Shown here in pieces: positions 35,019 through 57,390 of a DNA stretch of 64,000 nt. This DNA is from the human T2T-CHM13v2.0 reference genome, Homo sapiens, in the NCBI RefSeq assembly GCF_009914755.1, contig NC_060926.1. One strand, given 5' to 3'. Position numbers and translations under genes: made by a program. The stretch's first letter is position 1. Each line of letters starts with the position of its first letter. The notes beneath the pieces were generated by a model. The model made no database searches and had not been told where the DNA came from. It saw only the letters and a program-made list of their open reading frames with translations.

Positions 35019-35447
35019 TTGTAAAGAGCAAGGTGACAATACGTACGAGGAGCCAAGAAACAAAACGTCCCTTTCCCTTATTCCATTAGTTCAGCAGTTT
35101 CATTCCTGGAAATAAGTCAAGAGAAGAAAGCTGTGTGCTCATAGATGTTCACTGCAACAGCATCTGTGACAGACTCTTAAAGAAAGGGAGGTGCAACAAG
35201 GAAGAGATTTGATCCCATTCATCTTGCTGAGTCCGTACTAAGATAGCACAAGGATGTTTCCTGTTCACAGATGTTACAGAGACCCAGGGTGTTCAAATCA
35301 GTGGAACCCCAAAGCCCATGAATTTTCAGCTATCACATGAAAAAATGCTTACGCTATAAGCTTAAAAGAGTAATGGATAAATTTTTAGGAAGAGTATAAT
35401 TGTGTAAAGATTAACATGTTCCTGTGAAGTATGTAAAAATGAATATA

Positions 35448-35528
35448 CAGATGGTCCCCAATGTAGGGTATTTTCATCTTACAATGTGTTTGTCAAGACT
35501 GGCCCCATCATAAGTTGAGGATCATCTG
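35448..35528. mobile_element. Miniature MER47-type element
   Basis: TA|cagatggtccccaa ... ttgaggatcatctg|TA. Confidence 0.65.
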
Positions 35529-35678
35529 TACTTGCCATATCCCACTTATGAACAATGTCTTTTTCTACCCTGTGTTTGTGAAATGTGATTTTACTCTTAA
35601 CATTAAGAAAGAAACAGATAGTGAATATAAATACAAATTTGAAATTTTGATAAAATAGTTATTCAGAATTTAATGTAA

Positions 35679-35980
<302 letters not shown>

Positions 35981-36379
35981 AATTTAAGAAGTAGCCTACC
36001 CAAGTTTTGTCTCTGCCCATGATTTGTGCAGAGTGGATGTTTTATATTGAATGGAATCATTATTCATGGACTGTATCTAGTGTAGGCTTTGTTACTGGAG
36101 CTTTCTTGATCTTACGGAAGGATCAGTGGGAGGTTTTCACACAACCGCAGCACAGCCGGCACCCGACTGGCAGCAGTTGTAAGATGCTGTCCCAGTTTCA
36201 GAGGTTTGAATGTGGGATAAGGCAGTCTGAGAACTCATACAAGCTTCCCTCATTGAAGCTGAGAGGGGAGTATATGTGGTCCGAAGTTTTCGCTTCTGTG
36301 CTAAAGTGGAGTTAACCCCACTGAAAATAGAGGAAGGATTGGTTTCAAAAATGTTAACACAAAAAAAATCTAACCCTGA

Positions 36380-36659
<280 letters not shown>

Positions 36660-36757
36660 AACCCTTGCATTTTCTAATTAGAAAGAAAACATCAGTGAAT
36701 ACCTTCTGAACCTCTGGTGTTTTACACATAGAAAAATGTTGATCATGCACTGCATAG

Positions 36758-37024
36758 AGGTCAATGATGAATGGTAAAAGGTCTGAGTCCTCAGATCCCC
36801 TCCCGGCATCCCAGTTATCCCCAGCTGCCTCTCCTCCATCGCACTTCAGAAGTGCTGCGATGGGCAGAAGGGCAGCTGACACTCCGTGATGTCCCTCATT
36901 CTGTGTTCCTCCGTGAGCTCAGGGAAGACACTGGTTGGCATCCAACAGCTTAGTCACAAAGGGATTTGATTGTTGGGAGTGCTGGTATCTGTGGCTATGA
37001 TCTGCCTTGTTCAAGCTGAGACCT
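36758..37024 (+). ncRNA. SCARNA6: SCARNA6 (U88), composite C/D-H/ACA small Cajal body RNA
   Basis: Terminal stem agaggtc/gacctct; box C ATGATGA 36764; TGGTAAAAGGT-CTGA (U5 Um41 guide, D' at 36783); C'-like ATGATCT 36997; box D CTGA 37016; TGAG at 36914; same layout as SCARNA5. Confidence 0.92.
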
Positions 37025-37429
37025 CTGATTGAAAATCCCCCAGGGGTTTTAATTGTTTACATAAGGAGTCCTGATGTTTCCTTTTGTAAATTATGCCTGT
37101 GGTGACCTTGTCTAGTCTGACTTTAAATATGGAACTGACTTTCAGCAGCATGGCGCAACATCGAGGCTTTAAAAATTCTTTAATTTGATATAATTCAGAC
37201 ATAGAAAAATTACAAAAACAGTACAGCAGGTATCTGTGGTAGAGCTGATTTCAAATTCAAGATTGAGGATGGGGAGCACGTGAAGCTTGGTGCTAGTGAT
37301 GTTGAATTTTTGTTTTTAATGTTATTTTTAGTGGGAGTTTTATCCTTTTGGTCTTGATACCTCACCTTTGGCCAACACTCAAAGATAGGCTTCCTATGAG
37401 ATACATGGCCCCTGGATAAGACTCAGTGA

Positions 37430-37773
<344 letters not shown>

Positions 37774-37936
37774 CTGTTTCTTTTTCCTTTGCTGTCTTAT
37801 CGCTTTGAGTGTTCCTGGCCGGATCTCAGGGTGGTCTGACACTCTGACTCTGGAGGTAAGGATGCTGTGGATACTTTGCCAGCATAGGCAGGGCCTGGCG
37901 CCCTGAGGCTCACCCTGGCTGTGTTCTCTCTCCTAG

Positions 37937-38143
<207 letters not shown>

Positions 38144-38305
38144 TAATATAGTTTGAATTTCAGATCTGGCTTCATGTTTAGAGGGGCACTGAGGATAGTG
38201 ATAGTTTTTCTTGTTTAAAGCTTCATTTAAGTGAGTAACTCTGACAAGTCAGTGGTTAGAGGGTGGCAGCATTATGTAAACAGCCACGTTGGTGCCTCTG
38301 CTTGA

Positions 38306-38590
<285 letters not shown>

Positions 38591-40157
38591 TGAAGTAGAC
38601 TGTGGAGCTTAGCAATCATTTATTGAGCATGCAGTGAGTGCTAGGCCCTTCACCAGCTGGCAGGTAAGAAAAGGCAAACAGGATACTCTTTCTACCTTTA
38701 GGTAATTTAAACTGTAGTAGGGAAGGCAGAACGCAAAAGTCAGTGACTAGTGTGTTGAAGTGGAGGCAGCTACGTTTGTTCCAGTGTGTTAAAGAATGCC
38801 TCTCCAGATTTCTCCGGAGACGTGAGTAGGATTCACACGGCAGGAAAGCCACTCAAACTTTTGAGTGTGTGTCTGGTGGCTGATACATGGCAAGTGAGCA
38901 GGAAACAGGGCAGAAGCCAGTGAGGGGGCTATGAGGGGTTGAAATCAGGTTGCCACAGGCTTGATAAGCCATTGTCAAATCACTCGATCTTGTAAGTCGT
39001 TGGGTGTTTAGCAAGGAAATGGTTGCTTTGCAGGAGTCTAGTAGACGACTTTGGTGGCATTTTGAGAGGGCATATTAGGGAATAGGAAACCAATAGAGTT
39101 GATAAGGACCTAAGTTCAAGTCAGTAGAGGAACATGTGGAGGAGAGAATCTATTTGAAGGAGAATTTGGACAGGGCTTATTGACAGGTTGGAGGAAGGGG
39201 AAGACAGGATGGAGAGTAAATGAGGACAGCCTCCCAGCAGGGTTGTAGAGAGGGTGGGGGTACAGGGCCTGTGGTGATAGATGATGCTTTGAAACACAGC
39301 ATGGCACCAGAAAGTCCTGACAATGCTCATGGTTCCTGGACACCACTTCACATTTTATTCATAATCTTTAGTTTGCTTTTAAAACCTGAAATTGGAACTT
39401 GAAAGATGGAATTTGAGAGTTAAGTTGGATGTTCGAAGTCTCTTAGTCCATCCCATAATTTGACAGGTGAAGACCCTGAGTCCCAAGGAAGTGGAGTAGC
39501 TTGCTTCAAGCTGCATATTTAGCAACAATAAGATAAATTCTTGCTTAGTTAAGGTGGGAGGTAGGAAAAGGTTTCATTGAAAGCCTACAACAAAATCATC
39601 ACAGAACAGGTCAGCACCCCCTTTGGCTATGAATGTCACCAACAGGGCCCTGCCCAGGGTGGCTGTTAGCCACCCTGGACATGGGCCACAGCACAGAGAA
39701 GAAGAGGGAGGTGCGTAGGGCCGTGGCTCTGCCCTGGCTTTCCTGGCCCCATATCTGGAGGTGGAGGGCCACAGAGCCACAGTGAATAGGGCAGAAAACC
39801 TGCAAGAGGCTAGAGTTACACTTACAAGGCAGCCCAGGCCCACTAATGCAGGTTTCTTTGCCAACTTTATCCAAAAGTTGAAATCACATCACTGAAAATA
39901 ATACGAATTGGGTAGTAGCCCTAGTTAGCTCATGCTGATCAGAAACCGATGGGCGATTGTTGTCATTCCAAAAATGGATGAGGAAATTCTTACCAACTTC
40001 AGAGTTCTAGTCTGGGAATGACTGTCTTAGGGTCTGTTGATGGGAAAGTAAGAAAAGCAGTCACAGGTTATTAGAAGACTGGGAACACATTGACTGCGCT
40101 GGCAGAGCGTTGCATGCTAGTTGAATTGCAGTGCCTTTTTTTTCCTCCACGGCATGA

Positions 40158-40361
<204 letters not shown>

Positions 40362-40469
40362 TAACTGAAGATGTGCTGGTTGCATGAAGACCAGAGGCCC
40401 AGCCCTGCTCTCTTAACGTGCTGCGTGGCCTGAGCTCCCTCAGTGACAGTGCCCTGTTGTTTGTTTCAG

Positions 40470-40517
40470 TGCACCTGGGTTCAAGTGCGGCTCTGACTGG
40501 ACCAGAGTTGTCTTCAG
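40470..40517 (+). CDS. ATG16L1: ATG16L1 exon 16 (APGFKCGSDWTRVVFS)
   Basis: tttcag acceptor, gttagt donor, 48 nt. Confidence 0.96.
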
Positions 40518-41198
40518 GTTAGTAGTGACCCACCCCCCGCCAATTTGGTTCATCACAAAGAGTCCTGCATGGGCATTTTCCCACTGGGGATATAGAGCTA
40601 AATTTTGTTCAGTGCCCAACCTATGTTTCCAGGAGTGTGCCTGTAAGTTCATAATTGCAGGCCACCATTATTGTCTCTTCCTTTCCAGTGTTCCTTTTGT
40701 GATTACATGAACCTAACGTGTTGTACCAAAAAATAACAGTTGGCTGGTTGCTTTGTTGTGGGTGAGCCCATTAGGTTCACTTCTCATCACTCATTCACGC
40801 AAGAGCTGTTGGAGAGCCTTTAGAAAAGGGCAGGAGTGGCCGTGGGCCTGGGGCGGGACTGAAAAGGCTTTTTGGAGAAGGGTGTGCAGGTGGTCTGCAG
40901 TTTTCTGCTCCTTGTTCCCTTCTTCCATGTATCCTGCTTCTTCCAAATACCTTTCCAGGCTCAGTTGCTAAGATGTTTCTTTTCTTCCCTCCTCTCTTTG
41001 AGGCATGTAACAAGGCAGTCCATGGGCTGAAACCCTTAGCTATGTGGAGGTTGGCTTTGATCTCCCTATATGTTGTTTTGTTGAAGTCTGTAGATGGTTA
41101 AGGACTTGGAGCCCCAAGAAGCAATGTGATGCCACTGTTCATTAGCCGGACGGGGCTGAAATACTGGGGAAAAGCAGATTTGGCTGGAAGGGCCATGA

Positions 41199-41441
<243 letters not shown>

Positions 41442-42338
41442 TAAGATGAACCCTGTCTCAGCCCCCCGTTGCGTTGTGAGCAAGGCCTTTGACTTCATCT
41501 CAGGGGTCATCCGGTTTAGACCTCAGTCGGCGCTGTGAGGGCACTGTCCGCCCACCTGCTCGGCTGGCTGAGCTAGGTCAGTGGAGAGAAGCTGGGGCCA
41601 CTCACACAGCACAGCAGGCCACAGTCTACAGAGTACGCCAGGTAGAGCGGTTAGAGTGGCAGCCGCTGGAGAAAGGGTTATAGAAACACATCCCTGACTC
41701 TTTGGTTATGTCCCACGTCCTCTGTGTCTCCTTCCCCTTCCCTACTCTCCTTCCTTTCCGCCTCCCTGTCTCCCTTGGAAGTCCCTGTTGTCAGTGCATT
41801 TCAGTGCATTGACGTGTCCTAAACACTGATCTCCACACACCTTCTTTTATCTTCCACCTGATAGGCAGGCCCCAGACCCCCTTTTTTCCTAGCTTTGTTC
41901 TGCCCACACAAGCCCACCTGCTAGTTGGAACCCAGATACCATTTTCCTTCAGAACCTCTCTCCCTGTCCTTGGGCAGCAGCAACTGCTCCCAGACCTAAC
42001 CAGTGCTGACCACCACTGCCCGGCTCTTCAGAGGCATGTGTACTGTCTTTCCAGCTCACTCAGAGCTCCTCTCTTAGGGAGAGTGTGATAAGGCCTGACT
42101 GCCAGAGGGGCCAAACTCCCTTCATCCCAGCATGACTTAATTAAGTACACCACTGGATTTTTTCTGAGGTCTTTTGCATGTTAGTGAGCTCCTGCCTTGT
42201 CGCGGGCACAGTGCCAGAGAGTAAAATGGAAGTTGGAAAAATTAGGACTCCCTGAATGCACAAGCTTCTGGTGTTTGGTTTACCAAGATCTCATCCCAAA
42301 TGTTCTGAAACTTGGTGCTTTTCTGATCTCTCCTTTGA

Positions 42339-42434
<96 letters not shown>

Positions 42435-43758
42435 CGGGGCTCTCAGGGCTGGGAGGACCCCAGTGCCCTCCTCAGAAGAAGCACATGGGCTCCTGCAGCC
42501 CTGTCCTGGCAGGTGATGTGCTGGGTATAGCATGGACCTCCCAGAGAAGCTCAAGCTATGTGGCACTGTAGCTTTGCCGTGAATGGGATTTCTGAAGATT
42601 TGACTGAGGTCTCTCTTGGCCTGGAAGAATAACACTGAAAAAACCTGACGCTGCGGTCACTTAGCAGAGGCTCAGGTTCTTGCCTTGGGAAACACTACTA
42701 GCTCTGACCTTCCATACCTCACTTGGGGGAGCACAGGGCCCCGCTGGGCCTCCTCACCAACGGCAGTGCCAAAATCAGCCCCCACATCAAGGTGGTGTTC
42801 TCTGTGCTTTCTCTCGTCCTTCCAAAGTCGGTTCTGGCCTAACGCATGTCCCAACACCTTGGGTTCATTTGCCCGGTGAACTCACTTTAAGCATTGGATT
42901 AACGGAAACTCCCGAACTACAGACCCCTCCCTGGTGGGTTGCATGAATGTGTCTCATTACTGCTGAAATGTCCTCACATCTCTTTCACTGTTCTTCAGAG
43001 CTTTCTGGCTCTCTTTCCCCCACAAAATTCGACATATTTAAAAATCTCCGTGTGGCTTTAAAAAATGGTTTTTTGTTTTTTTGTTTTTTTGAGGTGGGAG
43101 AGGATGTGTGAAAATCTTTTCCAGGGAAATGGGTTCGCTGCAGAGGTAAGGATGTGTTCCTGTATCGATCTGCAGACACCCAGAAGGTGGGTGCACACTG
43201 CATGCTTGGGGGTGCCAAGGGATTCGAGACCTCCAACATACTTGTCTGAAGGTGGTGATTCTGGCCATGGCCCCTCTGCCAAGCCTGTGTGCGATGCCCT
43301 TGGTGCTTTAGTGCAAGAAGCCTAGGCTCAGAAGCACAGCAGCGCCATCTTTCCGTTTCAGGGGTTGTGATGAAGGCCAAGGAAAAACATTTATCTTTAC
43401 TATTTTACCTACGTATAAAGTTTTAGTTCATTGGGTGTGCGAAACACCCTTTTTATCACTTTTAAATTTGCACTTTATTTTTTTTCTTCCATGCTTGTTC
43501 TCTGGACATTTGGGGATGTGAGTGTTAGAGCTGGTGAGAGAGGAGTCAGGTGGCCTTCCCACCGATGGTCCTGGCCTCCACCTGCCCTCTCTTCCCTGCC
43601 TGATCACCGCTTTCCAATTTGCCCTTCAGAGAACTTAAGTCAAGGAGAGTTGAAATTCACAGGCCAGGGCACATCTTTTATTTATTTCATTATGTTGGCC
43701 AACAGAACTTGATTGTAAATAATAATAAAGAAATCTGTTATATACTTTTCAAACTCCA
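42435..43758 (+). other. ATG16L1: ATG16L1 3'UTR
   Basis: Runs from the stop codon to a CA about 30 nt past AATAAA; cleavage site approximate. Confidence 0.85.
43724..43729 (+). terminator. ATG16L1 polyadenylation signal AATAAA
   Basis: AATAAA with upstream TGTA and downstream U/GU-rich tract. Confidence 0.85.
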
Positions 43759-44249
43759 TGCCTCTTGGTGATTATTTTATTCTCCCTTATCCTTAGAAAG
43801 GGGAAAGAAAGTGATTTCTTTGTTTACCTGGTAGTTATTTGTAAACAACGGCTAGTACTTTTTAACGGTCTTTTTTCATTCATCATGTAAGCTCCATTCC
43901 ACAAAGTATCTCTCTCTGTAAACACCAGTGTTCCAGTTTCATGTCGCGCAAATCTTAACGGACATTGGAAAGATGTTTCTTCAGAACATTACCAGCTGCA
44001 GTAGAAGAGCCCAGCACGGATTGCTCTTCAGCCCTCTGCACGGAGCCTCTCTCCAGTGAACTGCCGCAGCAGAGAGGCATTCACTTGTGGTGGCTCAGAT
44101 TCCTGACACACAGCCTGAGCTGTAGCAAATGATGACCACCCTTATCAGGAAACTCAGCCAGTCGTCCACTTAGCCTAGCACCTGGAGTCAAGCTGCCATC
44201 AGAGTCTGAAGTCTGAGGCAGCCAATGCTTGCACAAAGCTGGATGAAAG

Positions 44250-48636
<4,387 letters not shown>

Positions 48637-50589
48637 TCACATAACATAAACCATTTTAAAGTAAACAATTCAGCGGCATTTAATAAATCCACAGTGTTGT
48701 GCAACCACCCCTTCTAATTCCAACAAGAAAGAGGATCAGTGCTTTTCAGACTTTTCTGATCAGTAGCAGTGGATCTGTCTGAAGAAAACTTGCAAGCCCT
48801 CTCCCCAGAAAAAGGCATATGTACATAATTCTGCATGCAACTTAGGTTCACAGATCCCGAAGCCCATCCAGGGATCCCAGGGTAAGCCCTCGGTTTGTGG
48901 TTGGCTCTCAACTCTTCTGTAGAAGCAACCTCATCGTCATCAGAACCCCCTTTAGTGTTGGGGCCCAGGTGGCATGACCAGAGGGTGAAGAAGCACACAA
49001 GATAGACATCAGCCTCACCGCTGGAGAGGACGAGAAAATCTTGATCAGGATCCTCCTGCACAAGACTTGACCTTCTGAAGGCCATCTGCACATTCCATAA
49101 ATCTTTCCACCTTGCAAGACAAGGCAGGCTGGGGGGTCCCCTCAGACAGACGGATAAAGGAAATAGGCCAGGCTACTCCCTCAAGGTCACAATGGATTCA
49201 GCAGTAGGCCAAGAACCCAGGACTCCATCTGGGGCTGTTTGTACATCATGCTCCTATTACATGGGAACCTGCAACATTAAGTACCATTTTTAGCACGATG
49301 CCTCCAGACAGACATTGGAAATCTGTCTGGGGTGGGACCTCCAGGGTGGTGAGAGGGTTTCAGTGCCTACAAGGCTAATCATGGAAGGATTCACGTGTGG
49401 AAGAGAGATTAACTTCGAGCAATGGAGAGAAGCAGAAGGGAAGCCAATTCCATCCTAACATAATTTTTCACTCTTTATACTAATAATTTGGTATTAGTAA
49501 ATCATAATTTACTAATTCTAATAGTAAATAATACTAGTAAATACTAATAATAGTAAATACTAATAATTAGTAAATAATAGTTTTGTCACTCTTTATGCTA
49601 TTTGAAAAAAAGATGGATATACAACAAAGTAGTGATTTCCCCATCCTTGGAAGCATTCAGTAACTTATTGGGGATGTTAACAGAGGAGATCAAAGTAAGG
49701 GATGGAATGGGAACAAAGTGATTTTTTTTAAAGGTCTCTCATTACCTTGTGCACCCACAGGATTGCGTTTATGATTTCAGATATTATTAGCCAGCCCAAC
49801 CCAAAACAGCCCTCTATTGTTTAAACTGATTGACTAAGTCTAGGAGATACATGTTGGAAATAAGGTGACTTTTAAAAGCTCCGATTCCCTGGCACTCTTT
49901 ATAGATACCTCAAACCTCCCAGGTGTTCTCTGCTTCAGTAAAATCAAGGCAATGAGGACACAAGATTTTCATTTTGTAGCTGATGTTTAGCAGAGTGTAC
50001 CCATTTTCCTCGTGCATGTGCCCCAGTAAACCCTTAAGACGACAACCCCACCCCAAAGCCCATAAGCCTCTTAGCTGGATGTCTCCACCCCGCCCCCACC
50101 TCCCCTGCCCCGCAAGCCGGCTGCTGTGTTTAGTGTTTGGAGATGAAACACAGGGTTCATAGCATTGTCTCACTGGAAGCCAACCCCAGAGAAACAAGCA
50201 TGCTATAGCCACTGGTTCCCAGACTTTGAGAATTCATAGACCAGTAATTCGCAAAAATAAATCTAGGGGAAGATTGCCAGCTTTTAATGTTTGCCAAGTA
50301 AGGACTTTTTTCTAAACTACCATATACTCTTGGTTATTATTTCATAAAAAGAAAGGACATTTTTCTCCTTATGCTTAGGAGCTGCATTTTGAAATACGGG
50401 TAAAATGTCGTGATGTCTGCATGTACGTTCAAATAGTTAAAAAGGAAAAAAACAGAGATAGACACAGAGGATTGCAGGCAGCAAAGTGTTAAGTGTCAAG
50501 TCTTGAAGTTGACTGTGTGGGTGTCTATTGTATTGTTCTTCTAACTTTTCTGTGCTTTAAAATTTCATAATAAAATTGTAGAAAATGCA

Positions 50590-50780
50590 GAGCTAATGAC
50601 AGAAGGCAGATCTGTGATTGCCTGGGGCAGGAGCGTGAATGGAGGAGTTGATGGAAATGGGTACAGGGAACTTTGGGGAGTGGTGGAATTGATCACAGTG
50701 ATGGTTACACAATGTATATGATGACCAAAACTCATCAAGCTGTACACTCAAAATGGGTGAATTTTGTTGGTTATTAAATA
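50590..50780 (+). mobile_element. L1M 3' fragment
   Basis: gacagaaggcagatc..gtgattgcctgggg, gatggttacaca, aaaactcatcaagctgtacact. Confidence 0.7.
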
Positions 50781-50904
50781 GATATATTTTACCTCTCTAT
50801 ATGTATCTGCCTGCACTCATCTATGTCTGTCACTATTTCAAAATTCACCCGTTTCATATATATATATCTCAATAAAGATAGAGGGCAAGAAGAAGAACAA
50901 TGCC

Positions 50905-55352
<4,448 letters not shown>

Positions 55353-55599
55353 ATAGATGTAGTCAGACAGTGGGGAATCACTCCGGTCCTGAGAAGCAAA
55401 GGCGGTGCTGGGGATGGGAGGATGCAGACAGGTTCCAGAGACACTGAGGGGATCAACAGGACTCCTGAAGCCATCAATCAGTAGGACCGGGTGGAGGAGA
55501 GGGACAGATCCAGCTTGGCTTGCATAACACCAGGTTCATCTTGAGGTTGACATTTCTCCTTGACCTTTTTGTTTAGTCCCCACCCGCAAGGTCGCATTA

Positions 55600-55865
55600 G
55601 CTGCCTGCTGAGTTTAATCAAATCTCTTCCTGTCCTGGCAATGCCCGGGAATGAAGAGATAATCAGTCTATTTCCAGAATCCAAAGAGGTTTAGAAGAAA
55701 AAGTAGCTTTCATTTAGCTGTTGGCCCTCCCACCAACCTTCCCCAAGTCAGCTGGGTGACTCATACATCTGTGAGACCCTCCGTATGGAGACCGGGGCGG
55801 GGGGTGTTGCTTAATGCTTAGAACTGCTGAAACTACCAGTTCACTGTCTCAGCACTAATCCAACT
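55600..55865 (+). promoter_or_regulatory. SAG: SAG photoreceptor proximal promoter
   Basis: CRX/OTX-type TAATCA at 55615 and 55660, CTAATCC at 55855; NRL/Maf half-sites TGCTGA at 55606 and 55825; TGACTCA at 55757; PCE-1-like AGCTTTCATTTAGCTG at 55705. Confidence 0.75.
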
Positions 55866-56106
55866 CTGCTCCTTAAGTGGGATTTGGCTTTTAGACATTG
55901 AGACCTGGATGCTGGGCATCCTCGCTAGATCCCCTACAAATTCCCCACATACGTAGGCCAGGAGCCTCAGCGGTGCCCCTTCAGGCTCATCTGGCAAGAC
56001 GGTACCAGCTTGCTCAGAACAGGGGCTGGCTATTCATCATCTCAGAGCATAGAGACCCTCTCCTTGCCACCCGGCCCTTCCCACCTGGTTGGTGACAAAT
56101 CACAAG
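55750..56106 (+). other. SAG: SAG non-coding exon 1 (5' end uncertain, ~55750-55900)
   Basis: Strong donor AAG|gtatgt at 56106/56107, between the promoter motifs and the ATG-bearing exon. Confidence 0.7.
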
Positions 56107-57252
56107 GTATGTGACCACCACAGGCCAAAACCTTATCAGAAACCTGGGGCAGGTGTGGGGAAGAGCAAGGATGGGCGTTTTCCTGCAGACAGTATGTCCC
56201 GCCTTCACCTTTTCTGTGTGGTTTCCATAAGACTTGGTTGCTATTTAAGGAGACTTGGAGTGAGCGGGTGCAATGGCTCATGCCTATAGTCCCAGTGACT
56301 CAGGAGGCTGAGGCTGGAGGATCACTTGAAGCCAGGAATTCGAGACCAACTTGAGCAATACAGTCAGACCCAGTCTCTACAAAAAAACAAAAATAAAAAT
56401 AAATTAGCTAGGCATGGTGTCACACACCTGTAGTCCTGGCTACTCAGCTGGCTGAGGCAGGAGGATCACGAGCCCAGGAGTTCGAGGCTGCGGTGAGCTA
56501 TGATTGTGGCACTGCCCTCCAGCCTGGGCAACAGAACGAGCTCCTATATCTTAAAAAAAAAAAAAACCTCAGAGTATGCTTAATTCTAGACCGCTAAGAT
56601 GGCCTCTTAATTGTAAAACAGAGTGGCTATCTCTTAGTAGGAATTGCCAAATAGAACTTTTGGGATTTTAATATATTCTTTTTTTTTAAAAAAAGTGATA
56701 GGATCTTGCTATGTTGCCCAGGCCAGTCTCCAACTCCTGGTTTCAAATGATCCTCTCGCTTCAGCCTCCCAGAATGTTGAGATGACAGGTGTGAGCCACA
56801 GTGCCCGGCCATTAATATCTTCTTGAAAACAGTCTTTGCGAAGTGGTTATGTTGTGGTTTTCAGGAACTTTTCTGATTTATTCGCCATTAGACACAGTCA
56901 CGATAGAACTTTAAATTCAACCTGGCTAAGTGTGATAACACCAAAGGTTAGTCAGAAAGTAAAACCTCATTGGAATCTAGCTAGACTCCCTGGCAAGGTG
57001 TACTGAGAAATGTTTGAAGCTTACCAAGAAAAATAAAATATTGAAAACACCCCAAAGCATGCTGCAGTAAAATACAAACTAAGCAAAGACTCACCGATGA
57101 AACTCGGATGTTGAAGCCGGTACAAGGGCATGGTGAGGACGCACAGGATCTCGTGAGTAGGTTTCATAACTAGGATGTTCTTGACTTGATATTTAGGATT
57201 GTCTTACCTTTCTCCAACCCTCTAACACCTGACCAACACCCCAAGGTGGTAG

Positions 57253-57390
<138 letters not shown>

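Noticed and set aside
42985-43380. 131-aa antisense ORF over the 3'UTR
   Set aside because: No recognisable product; chance ORF crossing a T-rich tract
48714-49117. Intergenic ORFs between ATG16L1 and SAG
   Set aside because: Partly overlap a decayed DNA-transposon-like segment; no coding hallmarks
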